From contig CANMHT010000004.1 in assembly GCA_947497755.1 (NCBI GenBank), forward strand, positions 209,589 through 273,588: 64,000 nt of DNA, read 5' to 3'. The notes below the pieces were generated by a model that searched no databases, was not told the origin of the DNA, and was given only the letters and a program-made list of their open reading frames with translations. Positions 41,502 through 51,383 of this stretch are shown in pieces. The translations under genes were made by a program, and so were the position numbers. Numbering within the stretch: the first letter of the stretch is position 1; the number at the start of each line of letters is the position of its first letter. This DNA is from an uncultured Polaribacter sp. (lineage in GTDB: Bacteria; Bacteroidota; Bacteroidia; Flavobacteriales; Flavobacteriaceae).

Positions 41502-41840
41502 TTAACTAATAAATCGAATGCTTAAAGGATAACTAGGCGCTTCATTATTACTCGCTTTTATTGCGTTGATTATTGGAAAAATAATATAGAAAATTCCGAT
41601 GGCAATAAATCCAAGTATTCCTAATCCAAAAATCAATACCAAAGGAATACAGATTAGCAAGTACAAAAACATGGTAATTCTAAAATTTAAAATGGCTTTA
41701 CCATGAGTATCCATTCCGTATACTTCATCTTTTTTAACAAGCCATAAAATAAATGGCACAATAAAACCGCCAATACCTGAAACAAAATCTAATAACTGAC
41801 TTAAATGGGTTAATACTAATAATTGTTTATTTTCTTTCAT
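41502..41840 (-). CDS. DUF4870-like membrane protein
   Basis: HLSQL, P.ILWLVKKD, HGKAILNF, IINAIKAS..E..YPL. Confidence 0.85.
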   Translation of the reverse strand: MKENKQLLVLTHLSQLLDFVSGIGGFIVPFILWLVKKDEVYGMDTHGKAILNFRITMFLYLLICIPLVLIFGLGILGFIAIGIFYIIFPIINAIKASNNEAPSYPLSIRFIS

Positions 41841-41936
41841 CTTCTAAAATTTAATGGTTGGTATACTTCGAGTTGTTCATTCACTAATAAAGTACTTTAA
41901 CTCGATAAAGTGCCTTGTATTTATTGCTCAATGTAT

Positions 41937-41964
41937 TAGACAACAAAAAGTACTGTTTGTTACA
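41937..41964 (-). promoter_or_regulatory. ECF-sigma-type promoter TGTAAC-N16-TGTCTA
   Basis: Minus strand tgtaac-aaacagtactttttgt-tgtcta upstream of the DUF4870 gene; same spacing as 8509 and 13284. Confidence 0.55.
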
Positions 41965-42008
41965 AACAATCAGTTTTCCATACTGATTTAACTACGTATA
42001 TTTGCATC

Positions 42009-43403
42009 ATGATTCAAAACGATACTATTATTGCATTGGCTACTCCATCTGGTGTTGGAGCCATTTCTGTTATTCGACTTTCTGGAGAAGATTCTATTGC
42101 TATTGTTGACCGTTTTTTTAATTCGGTTACTCAAAAAAAATCTTTAAAAGACCAGAAAACGCATACAATTCACTTAGGTCATATTGTAAATAACGGGGTT
42201 GTTTTGGATGAAGTATTGGTTTCTATCTTTAAAAACCCACGTTCATATACTGGAGAAAATGTGGTAGAAATTTCCTGTCATGGTTCTGTGTTTATTCAGC
42301 AAGAAATTTTACAACTCTTTTTACAAAATGGTTGTAGAATGGCAGATAATGGAGAGTTTACCATGCGTGCTTTCTTAAATGGTAAAATGGATTTGAGTCA
42401 GGCAGAAGCTGTTGCCGATGTAATTGCTTCAAACTCGGCGGCATCGCATCAAATGGCTATTCAGCAAATGCGAGGCGGAATTACCAATGAATTAAAAGAA
42501 TTACGTACTCAGTTATTAGATTTTGCTGCATTGATTGAATTAGAATTGGATTTTTCTGGTGAAGATGTGGAGTTTGCAGATCGTACAAAATTTAAAGAAT
42601 TAGTAGCTAAAATAACTGCTGTTTTAAAACGATTGATCGATTCTTTTGCTTTTGGAAATGCCATGAAAAACGGAATTCCAGTTGCTATTATTGGAGAGCC
42701 AAACGTAGGAAAATCTACCTTATTAAATGCCTTATTAAACGAAGAAAAAGCCATTGTATCTGATATTGCTGGTACCACAAGAGATGCCATTGAAGACGAA
42801 TTAATTATTGAGGGTGTGGCATTCCGTTTTATTGATACTGCCGGAATTAGAGAAACCGAAGATGTTGTAGAAAATATCGGAATTAAAAAAGCCTATGAAA
42901 AAGCAGAAAACGCGCAATTGGTCATTTTCTTAATTGACGCCAATAAGTTTATCTATTCTAGTGAAGAATTTTTAGAAGAAATTGAAAGCATCAAACAGCG
43001 TTTTCCGAACAAACGTTTGTTAGTAATTGCTAATAAAATTGATACACTTTCGTGTCATGATGTTTCCATTTTACAATCAGATATTGAGCATTTAATTTTA
43101 CTTTCTGCCAAGCAAAAAACGGGTATTGACGAATTGAAAAATGAATTAACTTCATTAGTAAATACTGGAGCTTTAAGCAATAATGAAACCATTGTTACCA
43201 ACTCACGTCACTTTGAAGCATTGAACAATGCTTTAATTGCCATAACTTCTGTACAACAAGGAATAGACTTAGACATTTCTACCGATCTCTTTTCTATTGA
43301 TATTAGAGAGTGTTTAAGACACCTAGGAAATATCACTGGAGAATACGATGTAGACAAAGATATTTTAGGACATATCTTTGGTAATTTTTGTATTGGGAAA
43401 TAG
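42009..43403 (+). CDS. mnmE: tRNA uridine-5-carboxymethylaminomethyl(34) synthesis GTPase
   Basis: GEPNVGKS, GTTRD, DTAG, NKID, C-terminal FCIGK. Confidence 0.98.
   Translation: MIQNDTIIALATPSGVGAISVIRLSGEDSIAIVDRFFNSVTQKKSLKDQKTHTIHLGHIVNNGVVLDEVLVSIFKNPRSYTGENVVEISCHGSVFIQQEILQLFLQNGCRMADNGEFTMRAFLNGKMDLSQAEAVADVIASNSAASHQMAIQQMRGGITNELKELRTQLLDFAALIELELDFSGEDVEFADRTKFKELVAKITAVLKRLIDSFAFGNAMKNGIPVAIIGEPNVGKSTLLNALLNEEKAIVSDIAGTTRDAIEDELIIEGVAFRFIDTAGIRETEDVVENIGIKKAYEKAENAQLVIFLIDANKFIYSSEEFLEEIESIKQRFPNKRLLVIANKIDTLSCHDVSILQSDIEHLILLSAKQKTGIDELKNELTSLVNTGALSNNETIVTNSRHFEALNNALIAITSVQQGIDLDISTDLFSIDIRECLRHLGNITGEYDVDKDILGHIFGNFCIGK
43388..43403 (+). repeat. att core = mnmE 3' end (ttgtattgggaaatag), left copy
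   Basis: Exact 16-bp match at 49927..49942; degenerate copy at 51092..51107. Confidence 0.85.
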
Positions 43404-43606
43404 ATTTCTTTTCCTTTAGTTTCTTTTGTTTTCTACTATTAAATATTAGAAAGAATAAGACTCAAAAATCTATTTTACCTTTCCTTTCATTTTTAATAAA
43501 TAATTATGAGTTATTTAATAAATACATTAACAAAATTAGAAATGAAATAATTTACATTTGAAAAAAATACAGGCTATAAAATCTATTTTTTTAGATATAT
43601 TAAATA

Positions 43607-44701
43607 ATGAATCAAACAATACTAGACTTTGTAATTATTACCAGTGGAGTTTTAGGATATTTTTTATGCCTAGCATTGGTAACTTCACCTTTTTATAAGA
43701 GTCGCGCAAATAACTATCTTTCTCTATCATTATTTTTATTAATAAGTTTAAGTTTTTTAGGCAGTTGGTATGATAAAAAGAATATCATTTTAGATTTTTT
43801 AAGTCTTTCAATGTCAGAATACCTTGTTGCTGTCACTTTATTTACATATTTTCTCATCCAAATTAAACATAGGTATCTAAAAGAAAAATGGTACAAATGG
43901 CTTTATGTTCCATTCGTTATCTCTGTCCTTATTGAAATTATTCTTCACCTAGATTCTATTTTTCACTTATATGATTCAGAATTTGCCACCTTTGTGGACT
44001 ACACAAAGTTCTTTACGGTATTTGGCTACAATTTCTTTTTAATTCTCTTTGGAAGATATTTAGTAAAAAAATCAACTACAATCTCAAAAGAAAAAAAACA
44101 TTGGTTACTAAGATTAAACTTTTTCATTATATGCATTATTATATCTTGGCTTTTGGCCAGTATAGAGATAAATTTTTCTGGATCTGATTATAATTTACAT
44201 TTTTTGAAAATTCTCCCATCGCTTTTATCATGGTGGATATTGTACTATGGAGTATTCAAACTCCAAATAATTGTTCAAAAAGATGAAATACATGACTATT
44301 TAGTTTCAAAAAAGACACCTATTTCCCAGAAAAAAAAGAAAATAAATAGCACAACATCATCTAAAATCATCGCACAACTTTATATATTGATGGAAGATGA
44401 AGAGTTGTTTAAAAATCCTCTTTTAAGTAGATTAGATTTGGCTAATAGATTAGATACCAGTGAAGGATATTTATCTCAAATTATAAACCAGGAAATAAAT
44501 AAAAGCATTGTTCAATTTGTAAATGAATATAGAATTGATGCTGCTAAAAATCTACTACAAGACCCTATATTTAATAAATATTCCATTGAAGCAATTGGTA
44601 TGGAAGTTGGTTTTAAATCTAAAAGCGCTTTTTATAATGCCTTTAATATAAGTTTAAGAATGTCTCCTGGTGCGTATAGAAAACTTCAAGAAACGTCCTA
44701 A
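43607..44701 (+). CDS. AraC-family regulator with N-terminal membrane sensor
   Basis: TM segments; YLSQIINQE..FVNEYRIDAAK and GFKSKSAFYNAF HTH. Confidence 0.9.
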   Translation: MNQTILDFVIITSGVLGYFLCLALVTSPFYKSRANNYLSLSLFLLISLSFLGSWYDKKNIILDFLSLSMSEYLVAVTLFTYFLIQIKHRYLKEKWYKWLYVPFVISVLIEIILHLDSIFHLYDSEFATFVDYTKFFTVFGYNFFLILFGRYLVKKSTTISKEKKHWLLRLNFFIICIIISWLLASIEINFSGSDYNLHFLKILPSLLSWWILYYGVFKLQIIVQKDEIHDYLVSKKTPISQKKKKINSTTSSKIIAQLYILMEDEELFKNPLLSRLDLANRLDTSEGYLSQIINQEINKSIVQFVNEYRIDAAKNLLQDPIFNKYSIEAIGMEVGFKSKSAFYNAFNISLRMSPGAYRKLQETS

Positions 44702-44805
44702 TTCGTTCATTCTTATTATTTCTGTACTTCTTAGTTCTAAAAAATAACTCTTTATTTTTTTATCCAATATACTTTTGAATCAATTAATTATATAAAACTT
44801 AAAAG

Positions 44806-45354
44806 ATGAAAAAAGTATTATTATTTACTGCTCTAGCAGTTTTCGGGTTTACAAACTTAAACGCACAAGAAATTAAATTGGGCATTAAAGGAGGTTTAAA
44901 TTTTGCACAAATTAAAGGAGAAAATTCACAACAAAACAATAGAATAACTGATTTTAATTTGGGAATTATGGCTGAAATACCTATAGCTAATAGGTTCACT
45001 TTTCAACCAGAACTATTATATTCTGGTCAGGGTTCTTCAGTTAATTTAAACTATTTGAATATTCCTTTAATGGCAAAATATAACTTAACAAAAGAATTTA
45101 GTTTAGAGGCAGGACCACAAATTGGTTTTTTACTTTCTGCAAATGCCAATGGAAATAATGTAAAGAGCTCATTTAAAACATTGGATTTTAGTCTTAATTT
45201 CGGATTAAGTTATCAACTTAACAATAAAATATATTTTGGAGCTAGATATAACCTAGGCTTATCTAATATAAGTACCGGAGTTGCTACTCAATATACTAGC
45301 ACAAAAATTAAAAATGAAGTATTCCAATTATCTATTGGTTATTTTCTTTTTTAA
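44806..45354 (+). CDS. Outer-membrane beta-barrel (porin-family/PorT-like) protein
   Basis: GIKGGLNFA, QPELLYS, YLNIPLMAKY, C-terminal aromatic residue. Confidence 0.85.
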   Translation: MKKVLLFTALAVFGFTNLNAQEIKLGIKGGLNFAQIKGENSQQNNRITDFNLGIMAEIPIANRFTFQPELLYSGQGSSVNLNYLNIPLMAKYNLTKEFSLEAGPQIGFLLSANANGNNVKSSFKTLDFSLNFGLSYQLNNKIYFGARYNLGLSNISTGVATQYTSTKIKNEVFQLSIGYFLF

Positions 45355-45545
45355 AATATATAACATTAATCATTCATATAGGTTTGTAAATCCTCTTTTT
45401 TTTGAAGTCTTGATGCAAATTACTAATCACTTTAAAAAGTCCTAATTTGTATAATCATAACAATTTAGCACTTCTCTAGCTTAAAAATGGGTTTCTTTTT
45501 TACAAGCCTACTATACTTTAGCGGTATAATCAAAAATATTAATAA

Positions 45546-46424
45546 ATGAAAAGTTCAAATTATTATCCAATTTCAACCTTAATTGCAATCATTTTAATAA
45601 CATTTACAACAATATCTTGTTCTAAAAAACGTATTACAGAACCAGAGCCTTTAAAAATTTCACAAGAAATAAAAGATTTAATTTATTTTAAGGGAAACGA
45701 AAACGCCTCTACAGTTTTAATCAATTCACAAGGCGGACCTGCTTACGAACTAGATGAAAGAACAGTAGATATATTCTTCCAAGGTTATAATACAGATGAT
45801 GTTTTAATGGCAAATGTGCATCAAGCACAAACACAAAATTTCAATCCTTTTGTAAACAATGATATAACATTGGAACAAGCTGTTAATTTTAATACAGAAA
45901 GTGTGGAAAATCTTTATAAAACTATTAAGTTTTTTAAAGATCAAGATAGAACCGTTTATGTATTAGGTGTCTCTTATGGAGCTTTTTTAACTCAAGAACT
46001 AATAGCAGAACAAGGAATTGGTATTGCAGATAAATATTTGATTATTACTGGTAGATTAGATTTAAATGATATTGTTTGGCAAGCAGCCTTAGAAGGTAAA
46101 AATTCAGAGTTCCAAAATGGTACTACACCTGTAGTTAATCCTAATATTGTAACTAATGTAATGGAAAAGAACTCTATGAAGTTATTTGCTGGAATAGCTA
46201 AGAATAAATATACACAACGTTTAGAAACTATTAATGATCTATCTAAAGTAATGTACATTTATGGAACACTAGATGAATCTGTTGGTAGTCTTACCTCTGA
46301 AGAAATTAATTTTTTACAGACTAGAAATGCAACTGTAATTTCTGAAAGTGGTAATCATGATGAAACTTACAATAATCTTGTTGTAGGTGCACTTAAAGAT
46401 TTTTTTGGAATTGCACCAAAATAA
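45546..46424 (+). CDS. Lipoprotein, alpha/beta hydrolase-like
   Basis: ISC lipobox, QGGP, GVSYG nucleophile elbow, GTLDE, GNHD. Confidence 0.7.
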   Translation: MKSSNYYPISTLIAIILITFTTISCSKKRITEPEPLKISQEIKDLIYFKGNENASTVLINSQGGPAYELDERTVDIFFQGYNTDDVLMANVHQAQTQNFNPFVNNDITLEQAVNFNTESVENLYKTIKFFKDQDRTVYVLGVSYGAFLTQELIAEQGIGIADKYLIITGRLDLNDIVWQAALEGKNSEFQNGTTPVVNPNIVTNVMEKNSMKLFAGIAKNKYTQRLETINDLSKVMYIYGTLDESVGSLTSEEINFLQTRNATVISESGNHDETYNNLVVGALKDFFGIAPK

Positions 46425-46511
46425 ATTCACACTTAAATTTTCACATAGAATATAGAAGTTTGTTGTGTTAAACAACTTCTATATTCTTCAATATTTTAAA
46501 ATCAAAAAATA

Positions 46512-47213
46512 ATGAAAAGAATTATTCTAATAATAATAGTATTTACAGGAACTAGCTTAAGTGCTCAAAAAGTAATTGACTCATTAACTTATGAAAACAC
46601 TCAGGATATTAAATTTTTCAAAAAAATAAAAAATAGAGCGTTAGTCAAGAAATACACAACTATTAATAATAATGTAATTAAAGTTGGTGATACTGTTATT
46701 TTAGGAACTCCAACCTCACAAGAATTAAATTCCAGAATGCTATCTGGGCTTTATGGAGAAAAAGTAAAATTCGGGTATGCTAAAACAAGAAGTACTACTA
46801 TAAAAACCTATGAATTTATAAAAATGGGAAGACCAGCTGGATTTGGAAGTATAATGAATGCCTTAGTAGGAGAAGATGAAATTATGGCTAGTAACAGTTT
46901 AAAAAATACAAAAGCTATTGTTAAAGAAATAAAAGCGTATCACAGAGGCAGCAAAAAGAAACCTTTATTTTTAGTAATGATATTAGGAGAAATAAATGGT
47001 AGAGCTTTTGGTTTAAATAAATATTTAAGTGTTATGGATACAGAACTAGCTATTGAGTCTAGTGAAATTTTATTAAAAAACAGAAAAATGACTAGAGAAG
47101 AAGCCATTTTAGAATTAAAAGAAGCAAAAACTTTATTGGATCTTGAAATGATAACACTAAAAAAATTCCAAGAATTAAAAAAGAAATTACGTCCAATAAT
47201 AATGAAACAATAA
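46512..47213 (+). CDS. Secreted hypothetical protein with C-terminal SHOCT-like domain
   Basis: Signal peptide; ELKEAKTLLDLEMITLKKFQELKKKL. Confidence 0.65.
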   Translation: MKRIILIIIVFTGTSLSAQKVIDSLTYENTQDIKFFKKIKNRALVKKYTTINNNVIKVGDTVILGTPTSQELNSRMLSGLYGEKVKFGYAKTRSTTIKTYEFIKMGRPAGFGSIMNALVGEDEIMASNSLKNTKAIVKEIKAYHRGSKKKPLFLVMILGEINGRAFGLNKYLSVMDTELAIESSEILLKNRKMTREEAILELKEAKTLLDLEMITLKKFQELKKKLRPIIMKQ

Positions 47214-47234
47214 CATTCTATTAAAAAATTAAAA

Positions 47235-48374
47235 ATGAAAACAAAAAATTATGTCGAAATAGGATTACTTCTAGTTATACTAACAAGCTTTAGTTACACT
47301 ACTAAAAGTAAAAAAAATCCAATTTTAACAAGACACGATAAAGATGAAACTGAGTTTTTTAAACTTGCCGAAAGATTTGAAAAATACATCTGTCATCTAA
47401 ACTTACCAGATTGCGAAGCTACAGTTATAGAAGACCAATGGGCATTAACTGCAGCGCATTGTGCTGTAACCATTGTAAATAAATTTAAAATTGGCAAGAA
47501 ACATTTCGTGATTATAAACAATGTTGAAATTGAAGTAGATAAAGTTATAATGCATCCTTCTTGGAAGACAGGACAAAATGCAGATGAAAACGATATCGCA
47601 CTAATACATTTAAAAACAAAACCTAAAAGCGCTAAAAAAGCAAAATTATATACAGAGAAAGATGAGTTAGACAAGCTCATATATATGGTAGGTAAAGGAG
47701 ATATAGGCAATGGACTTATAGGAGTAAACGGAAATGACGGAAAACAAAGAGGAGCTACTAATAGAGTAGAAACAGTAACTGAAAAATGGTTAACATGGAC
47801 ATTTGATCATCCGAATACGAAAACAAAATACCTGACCGAATACGAAGGTATTAGTGGCCCAGGGGATAGTGGTGGACCCGCTTTTATTCTCAAAAACAAT
47901 ATAGTATACTTGGCAGGTATTAGTTCAGGACAAGACCAAAAAGGCGGAGATGAAGGACTTTACGGAGTAGAAGAATACTATACAAGAGTATCACAGTATA
48001 TAAAATGGATTCATGAAGAAATGACAGGAAATGGTGATGTCGCCTATGCGAAATACAGAGTAGAACCCAAACCTTATGCTATCGATACTAGACCCAAAGC
48101 CATATATGTAAATCCAAATACATTAAAAAAATATGTCGGTGAGTACATAGTACAAGGAATTACCATAAAAAATTACTTAAATAAAGAAAACTCTAAACTT
48201 TACTCTTCCGTAGATAATCAAATGCCTTATGAGTTAGTTCCAATCGCAAAAAATGTGTTTTCTTTTAAGAGATTAGAAGGTTTTAAATTAGAATATAAAA
48301 ATGAGCAAAACGGCATTTTTAAACACTTAATAGTAACACAACCAGATGGTACATATAAAGCAACTCGTAAATAA
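47235..48374 (+). CDS. Trypsin-like (S1) serine protease with C-terminal DUF3471-like domain
   Basis: TAAHC, DIAL and GDSGGP catalytic-triad motifs. Confidence 0.9.
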   Translation: MKTKNYVEIGLLLVILTSFSYTTKSKKNPILTRHDKDETEFFKLAERFEKYICHLNLPDCEATVIEDQWALTAAHCAVTIVNKFKIGKKHFVIINNVEIEVDKVIMHPSWKTGQNADENDIALIHLKTKPKSAKKAKLYTEKDELDKLIYMVGKGDIGNGLIGVNGNDGKQRGATNRVETVTEKWLTWTFDHPNTKTKYLTEYEGISGPGDSGGPAFILKNNIVYLAGISSGQDQKGGDEGLYGVEEYYTRVSQYIKWIHEEMTGNGDVAYAKYRVEPKPYAIDTRPKAIYVNPNTLKKYVGEYIVQGITIKNYLNKENSKLYSSVDNQMPYELVPIAKNVFSFKRLEGFKLEYKNEQNGIFKHLIVTQPDGTYKATRK

Positions 48375-48382
48375 AAAATAAA

Positions 48383-49744
48383 ATGAAAAAAACAATATCA
48401 ATATTATTACTACTAATTACTTCATTATCATTAATGAATTTTAGCTGTACAACTAATAAAACTAAAAAAGCAGTTACTTTTAATCATTTAAAACAATATG
48501 TCGGAGATTATGTATATGAAGAAGCAGGAATTACAATAAAGATTTACACAAAAGAGAATAATACTAAATTATTTCTATTCATATCAGGACAACCTGAATA
48601 TGAATTAATTGCTACTGGAAAACACAAATTTTCTTTTAAAGTAACAGATGAATATAAAGTAGAGTTTAAGAATCCTGAAAATGGTGTTTTTAAAGAATTA
48701 GTTGTAACTCAACCTAATGGAACATATACAGCTATTCGAAATGGAAAGTTAAAAATTGATAATTTAACTACCATAGATCAAAAGCTTACTGCAAGAGGAT
48801 TTTCAGGAGTAATTTTAGTAGCTCAAAATGATAGTATCATATTTAATAAGGCATATGGCAGAAAAAACAATCAAAAAAATGGGTTAAACGACATAAATAC
48901 CGTTTTTGATATTTGCTCTATTACAAAACAATTTACAGCTGCGGGGATCATGAAATTGGTAATGAAGAACAAAATTTCTGTAAATGATAAACTGTCAAAA
49001 TATTTTGATAATATTCCAAACGACAAAAAAAATATTACCATCCATCAACTACTAACACATACTTCCGGATTAGATACTGGTATAGGAGGTGATTATGAAT
49101 CTATTACAGAAGAAAAATTTTTAAAGAAAGTATTCAAGAGCAGACTATTAAGTCCTATAGGAGAAAAATTTAATTATTCAAATATGGGTTATAGCTTATT
49201 AGGTATAATAATTGAAAAAGTTAGCGGAATGGATTATGAAACTTTTTTAAACCAAGCTCTTTTTAAACCTTCAAAAATGTACCACACTGGTTATATAATT
49301 CCAAATTGGAAAAATAACGAAATTGCTAATGGTTTTTTAGATGGTAAAGAAGCAAAAAAGCCAAATGAAGAGAATTGGAGTAAAAAAGGACCATATCTTA
49401 ACCTCAAAGGTAATGGCGGCATCCTATCTAATGCCAACGACATGTTCCTTTGGAGTAAAGCAATAAGAAATAACACAGTACTTGATAAAGAAACAACGTC
49501 TAAATATCTTTATCCACATTTTGAATTCAATGATATATATACACATTATGGATATGGTTGGGGAATAGAAAATAACGATTCTCGGAATAAGTTAGTGGTT
49601 CATGGCGGTGCTAGTGATCTGTTTGCTTCAGACCTATGGATCTATCCTAAAAAAGAGATTACAATAATTGTACTTAGTAATACACAAGAGGAATATGTTT
49701 ACTCAATAGCAAGAAAAATCTCAAAATTTTTACTACAAAAATAA
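48383..49744 (+). CDS. Serine hydrolase (beta-lactamase family) with N-terminal DUF3471-like domain
   Basis: SITK, YSN, HGG; N-domain resembles the C-domain of the upstream protease. Confidence 0.88.
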   Translation: MKKTISILLLLITSLSLMNFSCTTNKTKKAVTFNHLKQYVGDYVYEEAGITIKIYTKENNTKLFLFISGQPEYELIATGKHKFSFKVTDEYKVEFKNPENGVFKELVVTQPNGTYTAIRNGKLKIDNLTTIDQKLTARGFSGVILVAQNDSIIFNKAYGRKNNQKNGLNDINTVFDICSITKQFTAAGIMKLVMKNKISVNDKLSKYFDNIPNDKKNITIHQLLTHTSGLDTGIGGDYESITEEKFLKKVFKSRLLSPIGEKFNYSNMGYSLLGIIIEKVSGMDYETFLNQALFKPSKMYHTGYIIPNWKNNEIANGFLDGKEAKKPNEENWSKKGPYLNLKGNGGILSNANDMFLWSKAIRNNTVLDKETTSKYLYPHFEFNDIYTHYGYGWGIENNDSRNKLVVHGGASDLFASDLWIYPKKEITIIVLSNTQEEYVYSIARKISKFLLQK

Positions 49745-49926
49745 AATGCATTTTTTAAAATATTCTGACAAAATCTAAAAAATATATAAGAATTAACTCT
49801 AAGCTAAGAATATATATAATCAAAAATATTATTTTCTTATTAAAAGTAACTAAAGGAAAAGAAAATCTCACACCTCTTCTCCACCTCATAACCCCAACCC
49901 TTTATTAAATAAAGGGTTGTTACATA

Positions 49927-49942
49927 TTGTATTGGGAAATAG
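49927..49942 (+). repeat. att core, second copy of the mnmE 3' end
   Basis: Exact match to 43388..43403. Confidence 0.85.
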
Positions 49943-50105
49943 TAAAGTACCCTATTTATTTTACATCCCTACTTCTACCCTATAGCAATTCTTATTGCCA
50001 AATATTTGATATAAATATCTATAAAGAATTATGTTTTTAGAGATTCAAGAATGACTGGAATAAATAGTTTATCTTTGTGATACTATCAAATGATACTATC
50101 AAAAG

Positions 50106-51068
50106 ATGAAACCACCATATCACATCACTGATAAAATTTTAAAATTAGTTGTCACTATTTCAGAACGAATAGGAGAAATTAATGCTACACATTTATACAA
50201 ACCAACTACAGAATTACGAAAAAAAAACCGCATTAAAACCATTCAATCATCTTTAGAAATTGAGGGAAATACACTTACAGAAGAACAAATTACAGCACTT
50301 ATAGATGATAAGCGAGTTATTGCACCTCAAAAAGATATTATAGAGGTAAAAAACGCAATAAAAGTATATGATCGCTTACGTACATTTAACCCAAACAAAC
50401 TATCAGACTTAGAAAAGGCTCACGCTACTTTAATGCTAGGATTAATTGATGATGCAGGCAAACTAAGAACTAAAAATGTTGGTATAGTAAAAGGTTCTAA
50501 AATAGCACACGTTGCACCAAGTGGAGATATGGTAAAAGGATTGCTAAGTGATTTATTTAAATACCTTAAACATGATAAAGATATATTGTTAATTAAAAGT
50601 TGTGTATTTCATTATGAGTTTGAATTTATACATCCTTTTATAGATGGTAATGGACGTATGGGTCGTTTATGGCAAACATTAATTTTAATGCAACAATACC
50701 ATGTATTTGAATTTCTACCTGTAGAAAGTTTGATTAAGAAAAACCAGCAAGAATACTACAACGTTTTAAGCTTATCAGACAAGTCAGGACATTCTACGCT
50801 ATTTATTGAGTTTATGCTTGATAACATACTTCAATCTTTAGAAAGCCTTTTAAAAACACAAAACCGAAACCTTACACAACAAGATAGAATTGAATTGTAT
50901 AAAGGCATCATAGGTCATCATCAGTTTAGTCGTAAAGATTATTTGCAAAACTTTAAAAACATTAGCCAAGCCACTGCTAGCAGAGATTTAAAATGGGCTG
51001 TGGAGCAAAGAATTTTAGTAAAAACTGGAGATAAAAGATTAACTAAATACCAATTCATTTTAACTTAA
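50106..51068 (+). CDS. Fic-family protein with C-terminal HTH
   Basis: HPFIDGNGRMGR canonical Fic motif; ATASRDL HTH. Confidence 0.95.
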   Translation: MKPPYHITDKILKLVVTISERIGEINATHLYKPTTELRKKNRIKTIQSSLEIEGNTLTEEQITALIDDKRVIAPQKDIIEVKNAIKVYDRLRTFNPNKLSDLEKAHATLMLGLIDDAGKLRTKNVGIVKGSKIAHVAPSGDMVKGLLSDLFKYLKHDKDILLIKSCVFHYEFEFIHPFIDGNGRMGRLWQTLILMQQYHVFEFLPVESLIKKNQQEYYNVLSLSDKSGHSTLFIEFMLDNILQSLESLLKTQNRNLTQQDRIELYKGIIGHHQFSRKDYLQNFKNISQATASRDLKWAVEQRILVKTGDKRLTKYQFILT

Positions 51069-51091
51069 ATGTGTAGCTATTTACTTATTTT

Positions 51092-51172
51092 TTCTATTAG
51101 AGAACAATAAAGTATCCTATTCATTTATTTTATTTCCCCTACTTCTGCTATAAGGCAATTCTTATTGCCAAA
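51092..51172 (+). repeat. Degenerate third att copy plus shared downstream flank
   Basis: ttctattagagaacaa-taaagta...gcaattcttattgccaaa aligns with 49927..50002. Confidence 0.7.
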
Positions 51173-51383
51173 AATCTTATCATAACTACGAATCAAACAA
51201 GTGTATTTTAACAGGTATAAATACCTGTTTTTATGATTTATTCTTAAAATTAAGGTTTCCCGTAAATCATAGTTTTTCATTTTATATATATTCGTTAAAA
51301 ATTGTAAACAACAATTCCTTTTATACGGAAATAATAATGACTAAATGAGAACTTTGTTCTCTATATAACAAGTTGGAATTAAT

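Larger units (their letters stand above)
43404..49942. mobile_element. Integrase-less genomic island integrated at the mnmE 3' end
   Basis: Bounded by 16-bp direct repeats; 17-bp inverted repeats near both ends; 11-bp hairpin at 49895..49919 beside the right att; co-oriented cargo. Confidence 0.75.
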
